A DNA stretch of 64,000 bases from an uncultured Pseudomonadota bacterium (GTDB lineage Bacteria > Pseudomonadota > Alphaproteobacteria > JACZXZ01). Of the stretch, positions 20,941 through 31,402 are shown one piece after another (the first letter of the stretch is position 1; every line of letters begins with the position of its first letter). The position numbers and the translations under genes were made by a program. The notes below the pieces were generated by a model. That model did no database searches and had not been told where the DNA came from. It saw only the letters and a list, made by a program, of their open reading frames with translations. Where the stretch lies: the NCBI GenBank assembly GCA_963749075.1, contig CAVVLJ010000017.1:64001-128000 (forward strand), read 5' to 3'.

Positions 20941-22167
20941 GGCAACGCCGTAAGCGGCAAGCTCGTCGCCAACCTGATGCATTTCGCGCGCGTGCTGCGC
21001 CGCGCGGGGCTGCCCATCGGGCCCGGCAAGGTGCTCGACGCGGTGGACGCGGTGCGCGCCGTCGGCATCGAGAGCCGCGACGACCTCTATTGGACGCTCC
21101 ACGCCGTGCTGGTGAACCGGCGCGACCAGAAGGAGCTCTTCGACCAGGCCTTCCACGTCTTCTGGCGCAATCCCAAGCTGCTCGAGCGCATGATGGCGTT
21201 GCTGCTCCCCGCCGTGCGCCGGCCGGAGAACGAGACGCCCGAGGAGCCGCTCAGCCGGCGCCTCGCCGAATCTCTCGCCGCCGAATCCCGCGGCCAGGGC
21301 GCGGCGGAGGCGGAGGCGCCCGAGCCCGAGATCCTGGCCGACGCCGCCATGACCTACTCGGACCGCGAGCTCCTCCAGAAGATGGACTTCGAGGAGATGT
21401 CAGCCGAGGAGATGCGCGCCGCCAAGGCCATGCTGGCACGCCTCAGGCTTCCCATCATGACGGTTCCGACGCGCCGTTTCCGCGCCGACCCGGCGGGTGC
21501 GCGCATCGATATGCGCGCCAGCTTGCGCGCGAGCTTGCGCGGCGGCGGCCGCGCCATCGACCTCCGCCGCCGCAGCCGCTGCGAGCGCCACCCGCCGCTC
21601 GTGGTGCTCTGCGACATCTCGGGCTCGATGAGCCGCTATTCGCGCATGCTGCTCCACTTCCTCCATGCCCTCACCAACGACCGCGACCGCGTCCACACCT
21701 TCCTCTTCGGCACGCGGCTCACCAATATCACGCGCCATTTGCGCCAGCGCGACGTGGACGTAGCCCTCGCCCGCGTGGCAGACGCGGTCGAGGACTGGTC
21801 GGGAGGGACCCGCATCGGCGCCTCGCTCAGGGACTTCAACCGCCGCTGGTCGCGCCGCGTGCTCGGGCAGGGTGCCGTGCTCCTCTTCATCTCGGACGGC
21901 CTCGACCGCGACGCGGGCGAGGGCCTGGCCGAGGAGATGGAGCGCCTGCACAAGTCCTGCCGCCGGCTCATCTGGCTCAATCCGCTCTTGCGCTACGAGG
22001 GATTCGAGCCAAAATCCCTCGGCATGCGCGCGATCTTGCCGCATGTGGACGATTTCAGGAGCGTGCATAATCTCGAGAGTCTCTCCCAGCTCGCCGAGGC
22101 TCTCCGCGAGGCGGGGGCGCGGCGCGAGGAGGGGGTGAGCCGCTGGCTCGGAGGAAAGGCAGCATGA
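20938..22167 (+). CDS. coxE: VWA-domain accessory protein
   Basis: DISGSM MIDAS motif, WSGGTRIG and IWLNP. Confidence 0.92.
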   Translation: MGNAVSGKLVANLMHFARVLRRAGLPIGPGKVLDAVDAVRAVGIESRDDLYWTLHAVLVNRRDQKELFDQAFHVFWRNPKLLERMMALLLPAVRRPENETPEEPLSRRLAESLAAESRGQGAAEAEAPEPEILADAAMTYSDRELLQKMDFEEMSAEEMRAAKAMLARLRLPIMTVPTRRFRADPAGARIDMRASLRASLRGGGRAIDLRRRSRCERHPPLVVLCDISGSMSRYSRMLLHFLHALTNDRDRVHTFLFGTRLTNITRHLRQRDVDVALARVADAVEDWSGGTRIGASLRDFNRRWSRRVLGQGAVLLFISDGLDRDAGEGLAEEMERLHKSCRRLIWLNPLLRYEGFEPKSLGMRAILPHVDDFRSVHNLESLSQLAEALREAGARREEGVSRWLGGKAA

Positions 22168-22496
22168 GCGAAGCAGAGGGCGTAGAGCACGACATCTTGA
22201 CGCTGGCCGAGCGCTGGCGCGCCGAGGGCCGCGGCGTGGCGCTCGCCACCGTGGTCAGCACCTGGGGCTCCTCGCCGCGGCCCGTGGGCAGCCAGCTCGT
22301 GGTCGACGACAAGGGCGTCATGGAGGGCTCGGTCTCGGGCGGCTGCATCGAGGGTGCTGTGGTGGGCGAGGCGATCGCCGCGATCAAGGACGGCAAGCCG
22401 CGCCTCCTCGACTTCGGCGTCAGCGACGAGACGGCCTGGGAAGTGGGCCTTGCCTGCGGCGGCAAGGTGCAGGTCTTCGTCGAGAAGGTCGAGTGA
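22164..22496 (+). CDS. XdhC/CoxF N-terminal domain protein
   Basis: TWGSSPRP, GSVSGGCIE and GLACGG motifs. Confidence 0.9.
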   Translation: MSEAEGVEHDILTLAERWRAEGRGVALATVVSTWGSSPRPVGSQLVVDDKGVMEGSVSGGCIEGAVVGEAIAAIKDGKPRLLDFGVSDETAWEVGLACGGKVQVFVEKVE

Positions 22497-22497
22497 C

Positions 22498-23211
22498 ATG
22501 GAAGGCACCCTTCTCTCTGCCCTCCAGGCGGCGCGCGCCGAGAAGCTGCCGCTGGCGCTCGCGACCGACCTCGCCTCGGGCGAGCAGGCACTCGTCGCGC
22601 GCGGCACCGTGAGCGGCCGCCTGCCCCTCGACAAGGAAGCGCTCGCCCGCATCCTCGAGGCCATCCGCGACGACCGCAGCGTCACCATCGATTGGGCGGG
22701 TCGCCGCGTCTTCGTGCAGGTCTTCAATCCGGCACTCCGCATGTTCGTGGTGGGCGCCGTGCATATCGCCCAGGCGCTCGTTCCCATGGCGAGCATCGCC
22801 GGCTATGCGGTGACGGTGATCGATCCGCGCCGCGCCTTTGCGACCGACCGGCGCTTCCCGGGCGTCGAGCTCACCCACGAGTGGCCGGACGACGCCCTCC
22901 AGCACCGCTCCCCCGACCGGCGGACCGCCGTGGTCACGCTCACCCACGATCCCAAGATCGACGATCCGGCCCTCGTCGAAGCGCTGCGCGCCGACTGCTT
23001 CTACATCGGCTCCCTCGGCAGCGCGCGGACCCACGCCAAGCGCCTCCAGCGCCTCAGGGAGCACGGCTTCACGGACGCCGACTTCGCGCGCATTCACGGG
23101 CCCATCGGGCTTTCGATCGGCGCCAAGTCGCCGGCCGAGATCGCCGTCGCCATCCTCGCCCAGATCACCCAGGTGCTGCACGCCAAGGAGCGCGTCAAGG
23201 AGCCGGCATGA
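22498..23211 (+). CDS. XdhC C-terminal (Rossmann) domain protein
   Basis: GAVHIA, THDPKIDD, YIGSLGS and PIGLSIGA motifs. Confidence 0.9.
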   Translation: MEGTLLSALQAARAEKLPLALATDLASGEQALVARGTVSGRLPLDKEALARILEAIRDDRSVTIDWAGRRVFVQVFNPALRMFVVGAVHIAQALVPMASIAGYAVTVIDPRRAFATDRRFPGVELTHEWPDDALQHRSPDRRTAVVTLTHDPKIDDPALVEALRADCFYIGSLGSARTHAKRLQRLREHGFTDADFARIHGPIGLSIGAKSPAEIAVAILAQITQVLHAKERVKEPA

Positions 23212-24860
23212 TCTTCGGCGAGCTGCCTTTGGCCGAGGCGGAGGGTGCCATCCTGGCGCACAGCCTGCGCGTGGGGAGTGCCGCCTTCAAGAAGGGCCGC
23301 AAGCTCTCGGCGGCCGACCTCGCGGCACTCGGCGCGGCCGGCTTCGGAAGCGTGGTCGCGGCGCGCATCGAGGCGGACGAGGTGGCCGAGGACAAGGCCG
23401 CGTCCGAGATCGCCGCCGCCGCCGCGGGCGCCCACGTGAGCGCGAGCCCGGCCTTCACCGGCCGCTGCAACCTCTTCGCCGAAGCGTCCGGCCCGGCGGT
23501 CATCGACCGCGCCCGCATCGATGCCCTCAATCTGGTGGACGAGGCGGCGACGATCGCGACGGTTGAGCCCTTTGCCGCGGTCGAGCCGCACCAGATGGTC
23601 GCCACCATCAAGATCATCCCCTTCGCCGTGCGCGCCGAGGTGGTGGCGCGCTGCGTGGCGATCGCAATGGCGGAGGGCCCGCTCGTGCGCGTGGCCCCCT
23701 TCCGCGCCAAGGCGGTCGGGCTCGTGCAGACGCGTCTTAAGGGCGGCAAGGAGAGCGTGCTCGACAAGACCCGCAGCGTGCTCGAGGCGCGGCTCGAGGC
23801 GCTCGGCAGCCGCCTCTTGCGCGAGGTGCGCTGCGGCCACCGCGCGGAGGAGGTCGCGGCCGCCATCGCGGAGCTGAGGTGCCACGGCGCCGACCCGGTG
23901 CTGATCTCGGGAGCCTCCGCGATCGTCGACCGCCGCGACGTGATCCCCATGGGCATCGGTGCTGCCGGCGGCGAGGTTCTGCACTTCGGCATGCCGGTCG
24001 ATCCGGGCAATCTCCTCCTCGTCGGCCGCCTCGCGGGCGGCGTGCCGGTGCTCGGCCTCCCAGGCTGCGCGCGCTCGCCCAAGTACAACGGCTTCGACTG
24101 GGTGCTCGAGCGCCTCCTCGCCGATCTGCCGGTCGCGCGCGAGGATCTGGCGCGCATGGGCGCCGGCGGGCTCCTGGCCGAGACCGCGGTGCGCGGGCTG
24201 CCGCGGGCACTCGCGACCGCCGCGGCGGAGGCTGTCGCGATGCCCACGGCACCGCGGATCGCCGCCCTCATCCTAGCTGCCGGGCTCTCGCGGCGCATGG
24301 GCAAGGCCAACAAGCTCCTGGCCGAGATCGACGGCGCCCCCATGGTGGTGCGCGCGGCGGAGAGCGTGCTCGCCTCCAAGGCGGCCCCGGTCATTGTGGT
24401 GACCGGTCACGAGGCCGAGCGCGTGCGCGCAGCCCTCGCCGGCCGCGCCCTCGCCTTCGTGCACAATCCCGATTATGCCGGCGGCCTCGCGAGCTCGCTG
24501 CGCCGCGGGCTGGCCGCACTCCCCGCCGACGCGGACGGCGTGCTCGTGGCGCTCGGCGACATGCCGCGCGTCAAGCCGGCCCAGCTCGACCGCCTCATCG
24601 CCGCCTTCAACCCCCTCGAGGGCCGCGCCATCTGCGTGCCGACCGCCCACGGCAAGCGCGGCAATCCCGTCCTCTTCGCGCGCCGCTTCTTCCCCGAGAT
24701 GGTTCGCCTCAAGGGCGACACGGGCGCCCGCCAGCTCATCGGCCAGCACCACGAGCTCGTGGCCGAGGTCGAGATGGACGACGAAGGCGTGCTCATCGAC
24801 GTCGATTCCCCCGACAAGCTCGTCAAGCTGCGCGCGGAGGGCAAGGCTGCGGCGTCGTGA
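23208..24860 (+). CDS. Molybdopterin-binding domain / molybdenum cofactor cytidylyltransferase (MocA-like) fusion
   Basis: MPVDPGNL and PGCARSP, then LAAGLSRRMG..NKLL, LGDMP and GNPV. Confidence 0.9.
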   Translation: MIFGELPLAEAEGAILAHSLRVGSAAFKKGRKLSAADLAALGAAGFGSVVAARIEADEVAEDKAASEIAAAAAGAHVSASPAFTGRCNLFAEASGPAVIDRARIDALNLVDEAATIATVEPFAAVEPHQMVATIKIIPFAVRAEVVARCVAIAMAEGPLVRVAPFRAKAVGLVQTRLKGGKESVLDKTRSVLEARLEALGSRLLREVRCGHRAEEVAAAIAELRCHGADPVLISGASAIVDRRDVIPMGIGAAGGEVLHFGMPVDPGNLLLVGRLAGGVPVLGLPGCARSPKYNGFDWVLERLLADLPVAREDLARMGAGGLLAETAVRGLPRALATAAAEAVAMPTAPRIAALILAAGLSRRMGKANKLLAEIDGAPMVVRAAESVLASKAAPVIVVTGHEAERVRAALAGRALAFVHNPDYAGGLASSLRRGLAALPADADGVLVALGDMPRVKPAQLDRLIAAFNPLEGRAICVPTAHGKRGNPVLFARRFFPEMVRLKGDTGARQLIGQHHELVAEVEMDDEGVLIDVDSPDKLVKLRAEGKAAAS

Positions 24861-24930
24861 GCGCGGCTCTCACGCTGAGAGCGGGCGGCGGACAGTCCCA
24901 AAGCGGAGCCCTGCCCTAGGCCTGGGGCGC

Positions 24931-25449
24931 TCAGGCGGCGAGCTCGTGGACGTGGACGTCGTGGGCCGAGTGGCCCCTCAAAGTATCGAGCGCCGTCCTC
25001 TCCTGCCCGGCGTCGCGGACATTGACCCACAGCAGCAGGCCGCCGCGCGCCAGTTGCTCCTCGACGCGCCGGGCATGATGGCGGTGCATCATGCGGCCAA
25101 GCACCGCGCCGAGCGCCGCGCCGCCGCCCGCCGCGGCCAGCGTCGGCAGAGGGCCGCCGATCCCGGCGAGCGCCAGAGCGCCGATCGAGGCGAGCCCGAC
25201 GGCGAGGCCGTATTCGCCCTCCAGCCGCGACACCTTGGTGAAGAAGGTCTCGCGCGGAGCGGCAGGCTCGTCCTCCATCTCGGCGACGCGCTGGTAGCGA
25301 TGGCCAAGCTTGCGCTCGACCGTGGCCTCTTCGGCGAGCAGGCTGAAGGCGGCGCGATCGAAGCCAAGGGTCTCGAGCGCGTACACGGCCTCTTCGAGCG
25401 ACTCTGTGTCGTCGAACACGGCGACGACTTCACGGATCGTCTCGGCCAT
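24931..25449 (-). CDS. Conserved hypothetical protein (general-stress-protein-like, Gly-rich hydrophobic hairpin)
   Basis: EVVAVFD...AV..L...GFD and GGLLLWV patterns. Confidence 0.7.
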   Translation of the reverse strand: MAETIREVVAVFDDTESLEEAVYALETLGFDRAAFSLLAEEATVERKLGHRYQRVAEMEDEPAAPRETFFTKVSRLEGEYGLAVGLASIGALALAGIGGPLPTLAAAGGGAALGAVLGRMMHRHHARRVEEQLARGGLLLWVNVRDAGQERTALDTLRGHSAHDVHVHELAA

Positions 25450-25600
25450 GGCGCGCCACCCGCTTTTTGCCGACTTCAATATAAGCATGCGGCAGCTGCG
25501 CCCGCAAAGCGTAGATGCGGATTGACCCGCTCCCGTCGAGAAGCCGCACCGGGGCTCGCAGCTAAAGCCCTACCCGATGAAGCGGAATCGGCGCTCCGGT

Positions 25601-25661
25601 CGTCACTCCCGCGAAAGCGGGAATCCATCGGCTCTGGACCCCCGCTTTCGCGGGGATGACG
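25601..25661. repeat. REP-like palindromic repeat, family A, copy 2
   Basis: CGTCACTCCCGCGAAAGCGGGAATCCA...CCCCGCTTTCGCGGGGATGACG. Confidence 0.85.
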
Positions 25662-25693
25662 GTGGAGGAGGTTGCGACTTATCGGGAAATGCC

Positions 25694-26767
25694 CTAGCCC
25701 CGGAGAAACTCGAGAAGGAGCCGTCCCACTTCCTCCGGCTGCTCCTGCTGCACCCAATGTCCGGCGCCCTCGATGAGGTGCGTGCCTCGCCACAGAGTGC
25801 AGGCGCCGCTCCGCATCCGCTCGAGCGCGCCGGGGCTCTGGTAGACCCCCCAATCGCTCTTGCCGGCGATGAAGCAGGCCGGCACGCCGATCGTGCGGCC
25901 GGCGAAGGTCTCGAGCTCGGCCGTGAATTTGCCGCCGGTGCAGCGATACCATTGCAGACCGCCCTGAAATCCGCTGCGCTCGAATTCGCCGGCGTAGACG
26001 GCGAGCTCGTCGTCGGGAAGCCACTTGCAAGCGGCGATCTCGGCCGCGGACGGCATCTCCTCTGCCACGGTCTCCGCCATGCCCTTCTCAAGATCCATGA
26101 TGTAATAGGCCGGCATCTTGGCGAGCTCGCCCGCGGTGAAGGAGGCGAGCCTGAACGGCTTGTTCCCTTTCCAGTCGGCGCTCTTGAAATGATAATAGGC
26201 GCGGAGGAACGCCTGGATGCCTTGCAGGGCCCTTCGCATATCGTCGTTCGCCTCGCGCGTGCCGTAATACCATTGGTAATGCTTGCGGGGCCGCTCCAGC
26301 TTCGCGAGCGCGGCGAAGACCTCGGCGCGCGACGGGGCCCGCGCGGCCGCCCCGGCCCCCTCCCCTGCTATATCGAACGGCAGCGGCGGCGGTCCCGCGA
26401 AGGGCGCGCTCATCAGCACGACCGAGCGGAACACGTCGGGCCGCATCAGCGCGCAATAGGCCGCAACGGGCGAGCCGAAGTCGTGTCCGACCACCCCTGC
26501 TACGGAGCGATATCCCAGTGCCGAGACGAGCCCCAGCGCATCCCTGACGAGGTTGGGCAAGCGAAACGAATCGAGGTCGCCGTCATAGGCGTCGTCCCAG
26601 CCGGTCGTACGGCCGTAGCCCCGTTGATCGGGGGCGACCACGTGATATCCCGCCGCCGCCAGCGGCAGCATGATCTTTCGCCAGCTGTACGCTAGCTCCG
26701 GGAAGCCGTGGAGCAGCAGGACGCAGGGCCGGCCCCTGGCCGCGAAACCCGCTTCCAGCACGTGCAT
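25694..26767 (-). CDS. Epoxide hydrolase-like alpha/beta hydrolase
   Basis: HGFPE, PDQRGYG, GHDFG and AGHWVQQE motifs. Coding-like sequence continues upstream of this ATG. Confidence 0.9.
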   Translation of the reverse strand: MHVLEAGFAARGRPCVLLLHGFPELAYSWRKIMLPLAAAGYHVVAPDQRGYGRTTGWDDAYDGDLDSFRLPNLVRDALGLVSALGYRSVAGVVGHDFGSPVAAYCALMRPDVFRSVVLMSAPFAGPPPLPFDIAGEGAGAAARAPSRAEVFAALAKLERPRKHYQWYYGTREANDDMRRALQGIQAFLRAYYHFKSADWKGNKPFRLASFTAGELAKMPAYYIMDLEKGMAETVAEEMPSAAEIAACKWLPDDELAVYAGEFERSGFQGGLQWYRCTGGKFTAELETFAGRTIGVPACFIAGKSDWGVYQSPGALERMRSGACTLWRGTHLIEGAGHWVQQEQPEEVGRLLLEFLRG

Positions 26768-26924
26768 GGCAAGCCCGTTGATGCCGTCGACGATGCGGGA
26801 GCGGATGCCGGGAGGAAGCGTGGAATGACCGTAGAGAGGAAGGCCGGAGAGATGAGCGCGGACGATGGCCGCGCGCCGAGGGCCTTCGACCGGCGAAGGT
26901 GCGGCCGAGCACTCCCGCGTGGCG

Positions 26925-28367
26925 CTAATCGGCGGCCTCCCCCGCCTGGCCCGGCTTCCGCGGCGCCTGCCGCAGCAGCGCCGCGGCGGCGTCCTCGACC
27001 ACCGTGCCGCGGAAATAGTCGGGGTTCATGGAGAGGTGCATCATCGCCGGGTTGACGAAGGTGAGGTCGCGGAAATTCTCCCTCGTCAGCAGCTTGGCGT
27101 TCACCAGGCTCCAGGCTTCGCTCAGGATGCTGGCGGCGTCGAGCACGTCCCAATGGCCGATATCCGAGCCGAACACCGGCTTGAGGGTGGCCCCGAGCGG
27201 GTTGAGGCGGCGGTTGAAGGCGAGCGGGACCATGCGATCGTCGGCCTCGCAGCCGAAATAGAAGGGCTCGACGAAGAGCTGGCGCAATTGCCTGAGCTCG
27301 GTCAAGGCGCAGGCGGCGAACTCGTCGAACCGGTCGGGCCGCTCGATCATGAAGTTGCCGTGCGGGTTGGCGCGGATGCGCTCGGGCGCCAGCCGCGGGC
27401 TGCCGAAGTCGCGGAAGAGCCGCTCCAAGAGCTCAATGTCGAGCAGCGCCGGATCGAGGTTCTTGGCCATCGCCTTGACGTTGCGCTTCTCCCAATGCTC
27501 GACGATGTCGTTGAGGAGGTTGACCGCCCAACCGACGCCGCCCTCGAGGAAGCCGAAGGAGAGCTCGGGGAAGCGCTTCGTGACGCCGCTGAAGATCAGC
27601 GAGCGGCAGAAGAACTCGGCGCCCGCGGCGAAGTCGCCGAGATGGTTGAAGACGTAGTTGCTCGGCGAGGCGCGGTAGCCGATGCCGCGCGACGAGGTGT
27701 GGCAGACCGGCGTCACCTTGAGCTCGATGCATTTCTGCCAGAACGGATCATAGTCGTAGGGCGAATCCATCACGATCGAGCGCGTCGACTGCGTCGGCGA
27801 CAGGAACGGGTCCTTGCCGGCCGCCGTCCGGCCGGCCCCGCGCAGCTCGGTGCCGATCATCACCGCCTTGTGGCCGAGCTCCTTGACGGCGAACTCGAGC
27901 TCCTCGATCGCCTCCTGCGGCGTATAGGTCGGGATCACCGCAACCGGCCGCAGCCGGTCGGCCACGTCGGCGAACATCTCGGCGTAGAGCATGTTGAGCG
28001 CGCGGCAGCTCGCCCGCCGCGCCGCCTCGTCCTGGAGATAGACGTGGCTCAGGCCGCGCGTCGTGTAGCAATGCGCGAAGTCGATGCCGAGCTCGTCGAG
28101 GCGCGAGCGGAAATAGCGCGGCAGCTGCGCCATGGCGCGGTCGCCCGTATGGCCGCCGGACGGCAGCCCCCACCAGAAGCCGCGGACGGTGGGGCCGTGA
28201 TGGGCGCGCGTCGCGATCACCGTCTTGACGACGTCCTCGCCGGCGAGCTGGCGCACGAAATCGAGGTGCGCAAAGTCGCACTCGACGACATGCGCATCGG
28301 CGTCGATCACGGGATGGTCGAGCTTGGCGCGGACGTCGCCCCCCGGAAAGCCCTCGAAGCCCGACAT
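26925..28367 (-). CDS. Amidohydrolase family 2 protein
   Basis: IDADAH, FLEGG..W, FGCEADD and GSDIGHWD motifs. Confidence 0.85.
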   Translation of the reverse strand: MSGFEGFPGGDVRAKLDHPVIDADAHVVECDFAHLDFVRQLAGEDVVKTVIATRAHHGPTVRGFWWGLPSGGHTGDRAMAQLPRYFRSRLDELGIDFAHCYTTRGLSHVYLQDEAARRASCRALNMLYAEMFADVADRLRPVAVIPTYTPQEAIEELEFAVKELGHKAVMIGTELRGAGRTAAGKDPFLSPTQSTRSIVMDSPYDYDPFWQKCIELKVTPVCHTSSRGIGYRASPSNYVFNHLGDFAAGAEFFCRSLIFSGVTKRFPELSFGFLEGGVGWAVNLLNDIVEHWEKRNVKAMAKNLDPALLDIELLERLFRDFGSPRLAPERIRANPHGNFMIERPDRFDEFAACALTELRQLRQLFVEPFYFGCEADDRMVPLAFNRRLNPLGATLKPVFGSDIGHWDVLDAASILSEAWSLVNAKLLTRENFRDLTFVNPAMMHLSMNPDYFRGTVVEDAAAALLRQAPRKPGQAGEAAD

Positions 28368-28551
28368 GCGCTTTTCTCCCTAGCGCCGCACAAGCCCTTC
28401 GCGCGGCACCGGCAACACTAGCAACCTCGGCACCGCCTGTCACGCTCGCGTCTCGCGATGCGGGACGGCACGTCTTCGCATTGACTCGAACCGGGCAGGC
28501 CCGCATCGTTATGATAGCGACGATCCGCGTTCCGACCGGGAGGGGACTGCG

Positions 28552-29316
28552 ATGGTTCAAGCCGCCGCCAAACCCAGGTACGACTTCAGCAGCCGCACGA
28601 AGTATGACGCATTGATGGAGGTGGTGCGGAGCCGCGTCACGACGCGCGCCTTCGCCGCCGGCTATGTCGTGCCGCGCGAGCATTACGAGATGATTCTCGA
28701 GGCCGCGCGCCACGCGCCGTCGGGCGCCAATGCGCAGCCTTGGCACTTCATCGTGATAACGGACCAGGATCTCAAACGGAGGATCATGGAGTATTTCCGC
28801 GAGGAGCAGGTTCGTCGCGCCAAGCTGAAGATGAAGTTCCCGACGCCCGATTACCGCGGCCTTGCGACGGCGCCTGGGCTCATCGCGGTGGCCAGCGACT
28901 TCCGCTGGGTGAAAGCTTTTCCGGTTCTCAACGACGGCTCCGAGCTCGACAGGATGTATAGGGAGAACGCCGAGCGGATTTTGCTGCAGAGCGTCGCCGC
29001 GGCCACCATGTCGGCGCATCTCGCTGCGGCGGCACTCGGCTACAACGTCTGGTGGGTCACGGCAATCGGCCAGGAAAAAGCGCAGAAGGCGATGAAGCCC
29101 TTGCTGGGCATTCCGGACGAGCTTTCGGTCCTCGACATCATGTGTTTCGGGCCGCCCGCCAAGCCGCCGTACAAGCGCTGGAAGAAGGAGCTGGGCGAGA
29201 TCGCCAATTGGAACAAATTCGATCGCGCTCATTTCATGACCGACGCTCAGATCGATGAATGGATTGCGACCACGCGCCACAAGGTCATGTATCGCGATGC
29301 CGAGAACGTCGACTGA
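28552..29316 (+). CDS. Nitroreductase family protein
   Basis: RVTTRAF and APSGANAQPWHF motifs. Confidence 0.9.
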   Translation: MVQAAAKPRYDFSSRTKYDALMEVVRSRVTTRAFAAGYVVPREHYEMILEAARHAPSGANAQPWHFIVITDQDLKRRIMEYFREEQVRRAKLKMKFPTPDYRGLATAPGLIAVASDFRWVKAFPVLNDGSELDRMYRENAERILLQSVAAATMSAHLAAAALGYNVWWVTAIGQEKAQKAMKPLLGIPDELSVLDIMCFGPPAKPPYKRWKKELGEIANWNKFDRAHFMTDAQIDEWIATTRHKVMYRDAENVD

Positions 29317-29442
29317 GCCCGTCCTTGCCGTTGGCAAGCGGGCTGCCAAATGTCGCCTCGATGATCAAACGGTCATGACGGGCGGATATCGTGACGGCAT
29401 CTCTCCGCAACGATCGCGGCAATCAGTCGAGCGACGGCCCGG

Positions 29443-31326
29443 ATGACGTCACTTGAAAGAGCAACGGGGAGGGTTCCGCAGCGCGACCTGCCGGTTCTAA
29501 GTCTGACGGCACTCGGGATCGTGTTCGGGGATATCGGCACCAGCCCGCTCTATACGTTCAAGACCATCCTCGACCTGACCGGAAAGACGCCCGACGCGAG
29601 CACGGTTCTGGGCGCGCTCTCGCTCGTGCTCTGGACGCTCTTCATCATTACCACGGTGAAATATGTCTCCTTTGCCATGCGCGTCGACAATGACGGCGAA
29701 GGCGGCATCCTGGCTCTCATGTCTCTGTTGGGAGTGAAGAAGCGCCAGCTGCCGACCGTCGTGGCCATTGGGCTCTTCGGCGCGGCGCTGATCTACGGCG
29801 ACGGAGCCATCACCCCGGCGATCTCGGTTCTCTCGGCGCTGGAGGGCCTGGACATGGTGACGCCGGCCTGCCAGCCATACGTTGTTCCAATGGCCGCGAT
29901 GATTTTGCTGGTACTGTTTGCCGTGCAATCGCAAGGCACCGCCAGGATCGGGCAAGCCTTTGGGCCGGTGATGCTTCTGTGGTTCGTCGCGATCGCCCTC
30001 ATGGGACTCCGGGGGATCGTGCAACACCCGACGGTCATTGCAGCACTCGACCCGCGATACGGGCTGGCCTATCTCTTTTCCAACGGAATGAGAGGCTTCC
30101 TGGTGCTGGGCGGCGTTTTTCTCTGCGTCACGGGTGCCGAGGCGCTCTACGCGGACATGGGCCATTTCGGCAGAGGACCGATCCGGCTTTCGTGGTTCGC
30201 GATCGTATTTCCAAGCCTGATGTTGAATTACGCCGGACAAGCCGCACTCGTCCTCGAAGGCGCGCCGGCGGGCGGCAACATCTTCTATCGTCTTTGCCCT
30301 CAGCCTTTGCTGATACCGCTCGTCGCCCTGGCGACCTTGGCGACGATCATCGCCAGCCAAGCGATCATCACCGGGGCATTTTCCATGACCCGGCAGGCCA
30401 TCCTGCTTGGCTGGCTGCCGAGGCTGCGGATCAAACAGACGTCATCGGAGGGCTACGGGCAGATCTATGTCGGCACCGTAAATTTCCTCCTCATGGCCGT
30501 GACGATCGGGCTGACGATCGGCTTCGGCAAATCGGACAATCTGGCGGCCGCGTACGGCATCGCCGTTTCGCTGACGATGCTCATAACCTCGGCGCTTCTC
30601 TTCATCGCGATGCGCGAGATCTGGGGCTGGAGCTTGCTCGCCGCAGGAAGCGTCGCGGCGTGTTTTCTTGTCGTCGACAGCGCGTTCTTCCTGGCCAATG
30701 CCGCCAAAGTCGCCGAGGGCGGATATGTCCCGCTCCTTCTGGCCGTTGCCGTCTACGGGCTGATGTGGATCTGGCATCGCGGAATGGCGGCGGTGTCGGC
30801 CCGTATTCATGAATTCCTCATCCCGATTCCGGACTTCATTGCCAAAATCCGGTCGGACAACATTCCGCGCGTGCCGGGAACCGCGGTGTTCCTCACGCGC
30901 ACGTCGCAAGATACGCCGCCCGTGATGGCCTGGCACGTCCAGCACAACCGCGCCTTGCATGAGCATCTGTTCGTTCTGCACGTGGAGGTTCTGCCGGTTC
31001 CCTGGGTTGCACCATTCGAACGGCTCGCCGTCAAGGAAGTCGCCGCGAACTTCTGGCGCGCGGATGCCCGCTACGGCTTCATGGAGCGTCCCCATATCCC
31101 CGAGCTCTTGCTGGCCAGCAAGTCGCTGGGATGCACGGTAAATCTCAGCGATGTGACCTATTACGTCGGTCACGAGACCGTGGTGCGCCGAGAGGACGGC
31201 AGGGGGTTGCCCGCCTGGCAGGAGGCTCTTTTCGCCATGATGGAGCGCAACGCCGCTCATGTCAGCGATTTCTTCAGACTGCCGAGCGATCAGGTCGTCG
31301 AGATTGGACGGCAGATCGCGATTTAG
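29443..31326 (+). CDS. kup: Potassium transporter Kup
   Basis: GDIGTSPLY, GAEALYADMGHF and YGFME motifs. Confidence 0.96.
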   Translation: MTSLERATGRVPQRDLPVLSLTALGIVFGDIGTSPLYTFKTILDLTGKTPDASTVLGALSLVLWTLFIITTVKYVSFAMRVDNDGEGGILALMSLLGVKKRQLPTVVAIGLFGAALIYGDGAITPAISVLSALEGLDMVTPACQPYVVPMAAMILLVLFAVQSQGTARIGQAFGPVMLLWFVAIALMGLRGIVQHPTVIAALDPRYGLAYLFSNGMRGFLVLGGVFLCVTGAEALYADMGHFGRGPIRLSWFAIVFPSLMLNYAGQAALVLEGAPAGGNIFYRLCPQPLLIPLVALATLATIIASQAIITGAFSMTRQAILLGWLPRLRIKQTSSEGYGQIYVGTVNFLLMAVTIGLTIGFGKSDNLAAAYGIAVSLTMLITSALLFIAMREIWGWSLLAAGSVAACFLVVDSAFFLANAAKVAEGGYVPLLLAVAVYGLMWIWHRGMAAVSARIHEFLIPIPDFIAKIRSDNIPRVPGTAVFLTRTSQDTPPVMAWHVQHNRALHEHLFVLHVEVLPVPWVAPFERLAVKEVAANFWRADARYGFMERPHIPELLLASKSLGCTVNLSDVTYYVGHETVVRREDGRGLPAWQEALFAMMERNAAHVSDFFRLPSDQVVEIGRQIAI

Positions 31327-31402
31327 GCGGCCCCCCCTCGCCCGCCCCGGGGACATCCTTTAGACTCGCGCCGAATGCGCTGAAGTGCCAAGGAGCATCG
31401 CG

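Noticed and set aside
29316-29344. Hairpin AGCCCG...CGGGCT after the nitroreductase gene as an intrinsic terminator
   Set aside because: No U-tract follows, so support is insufficient.
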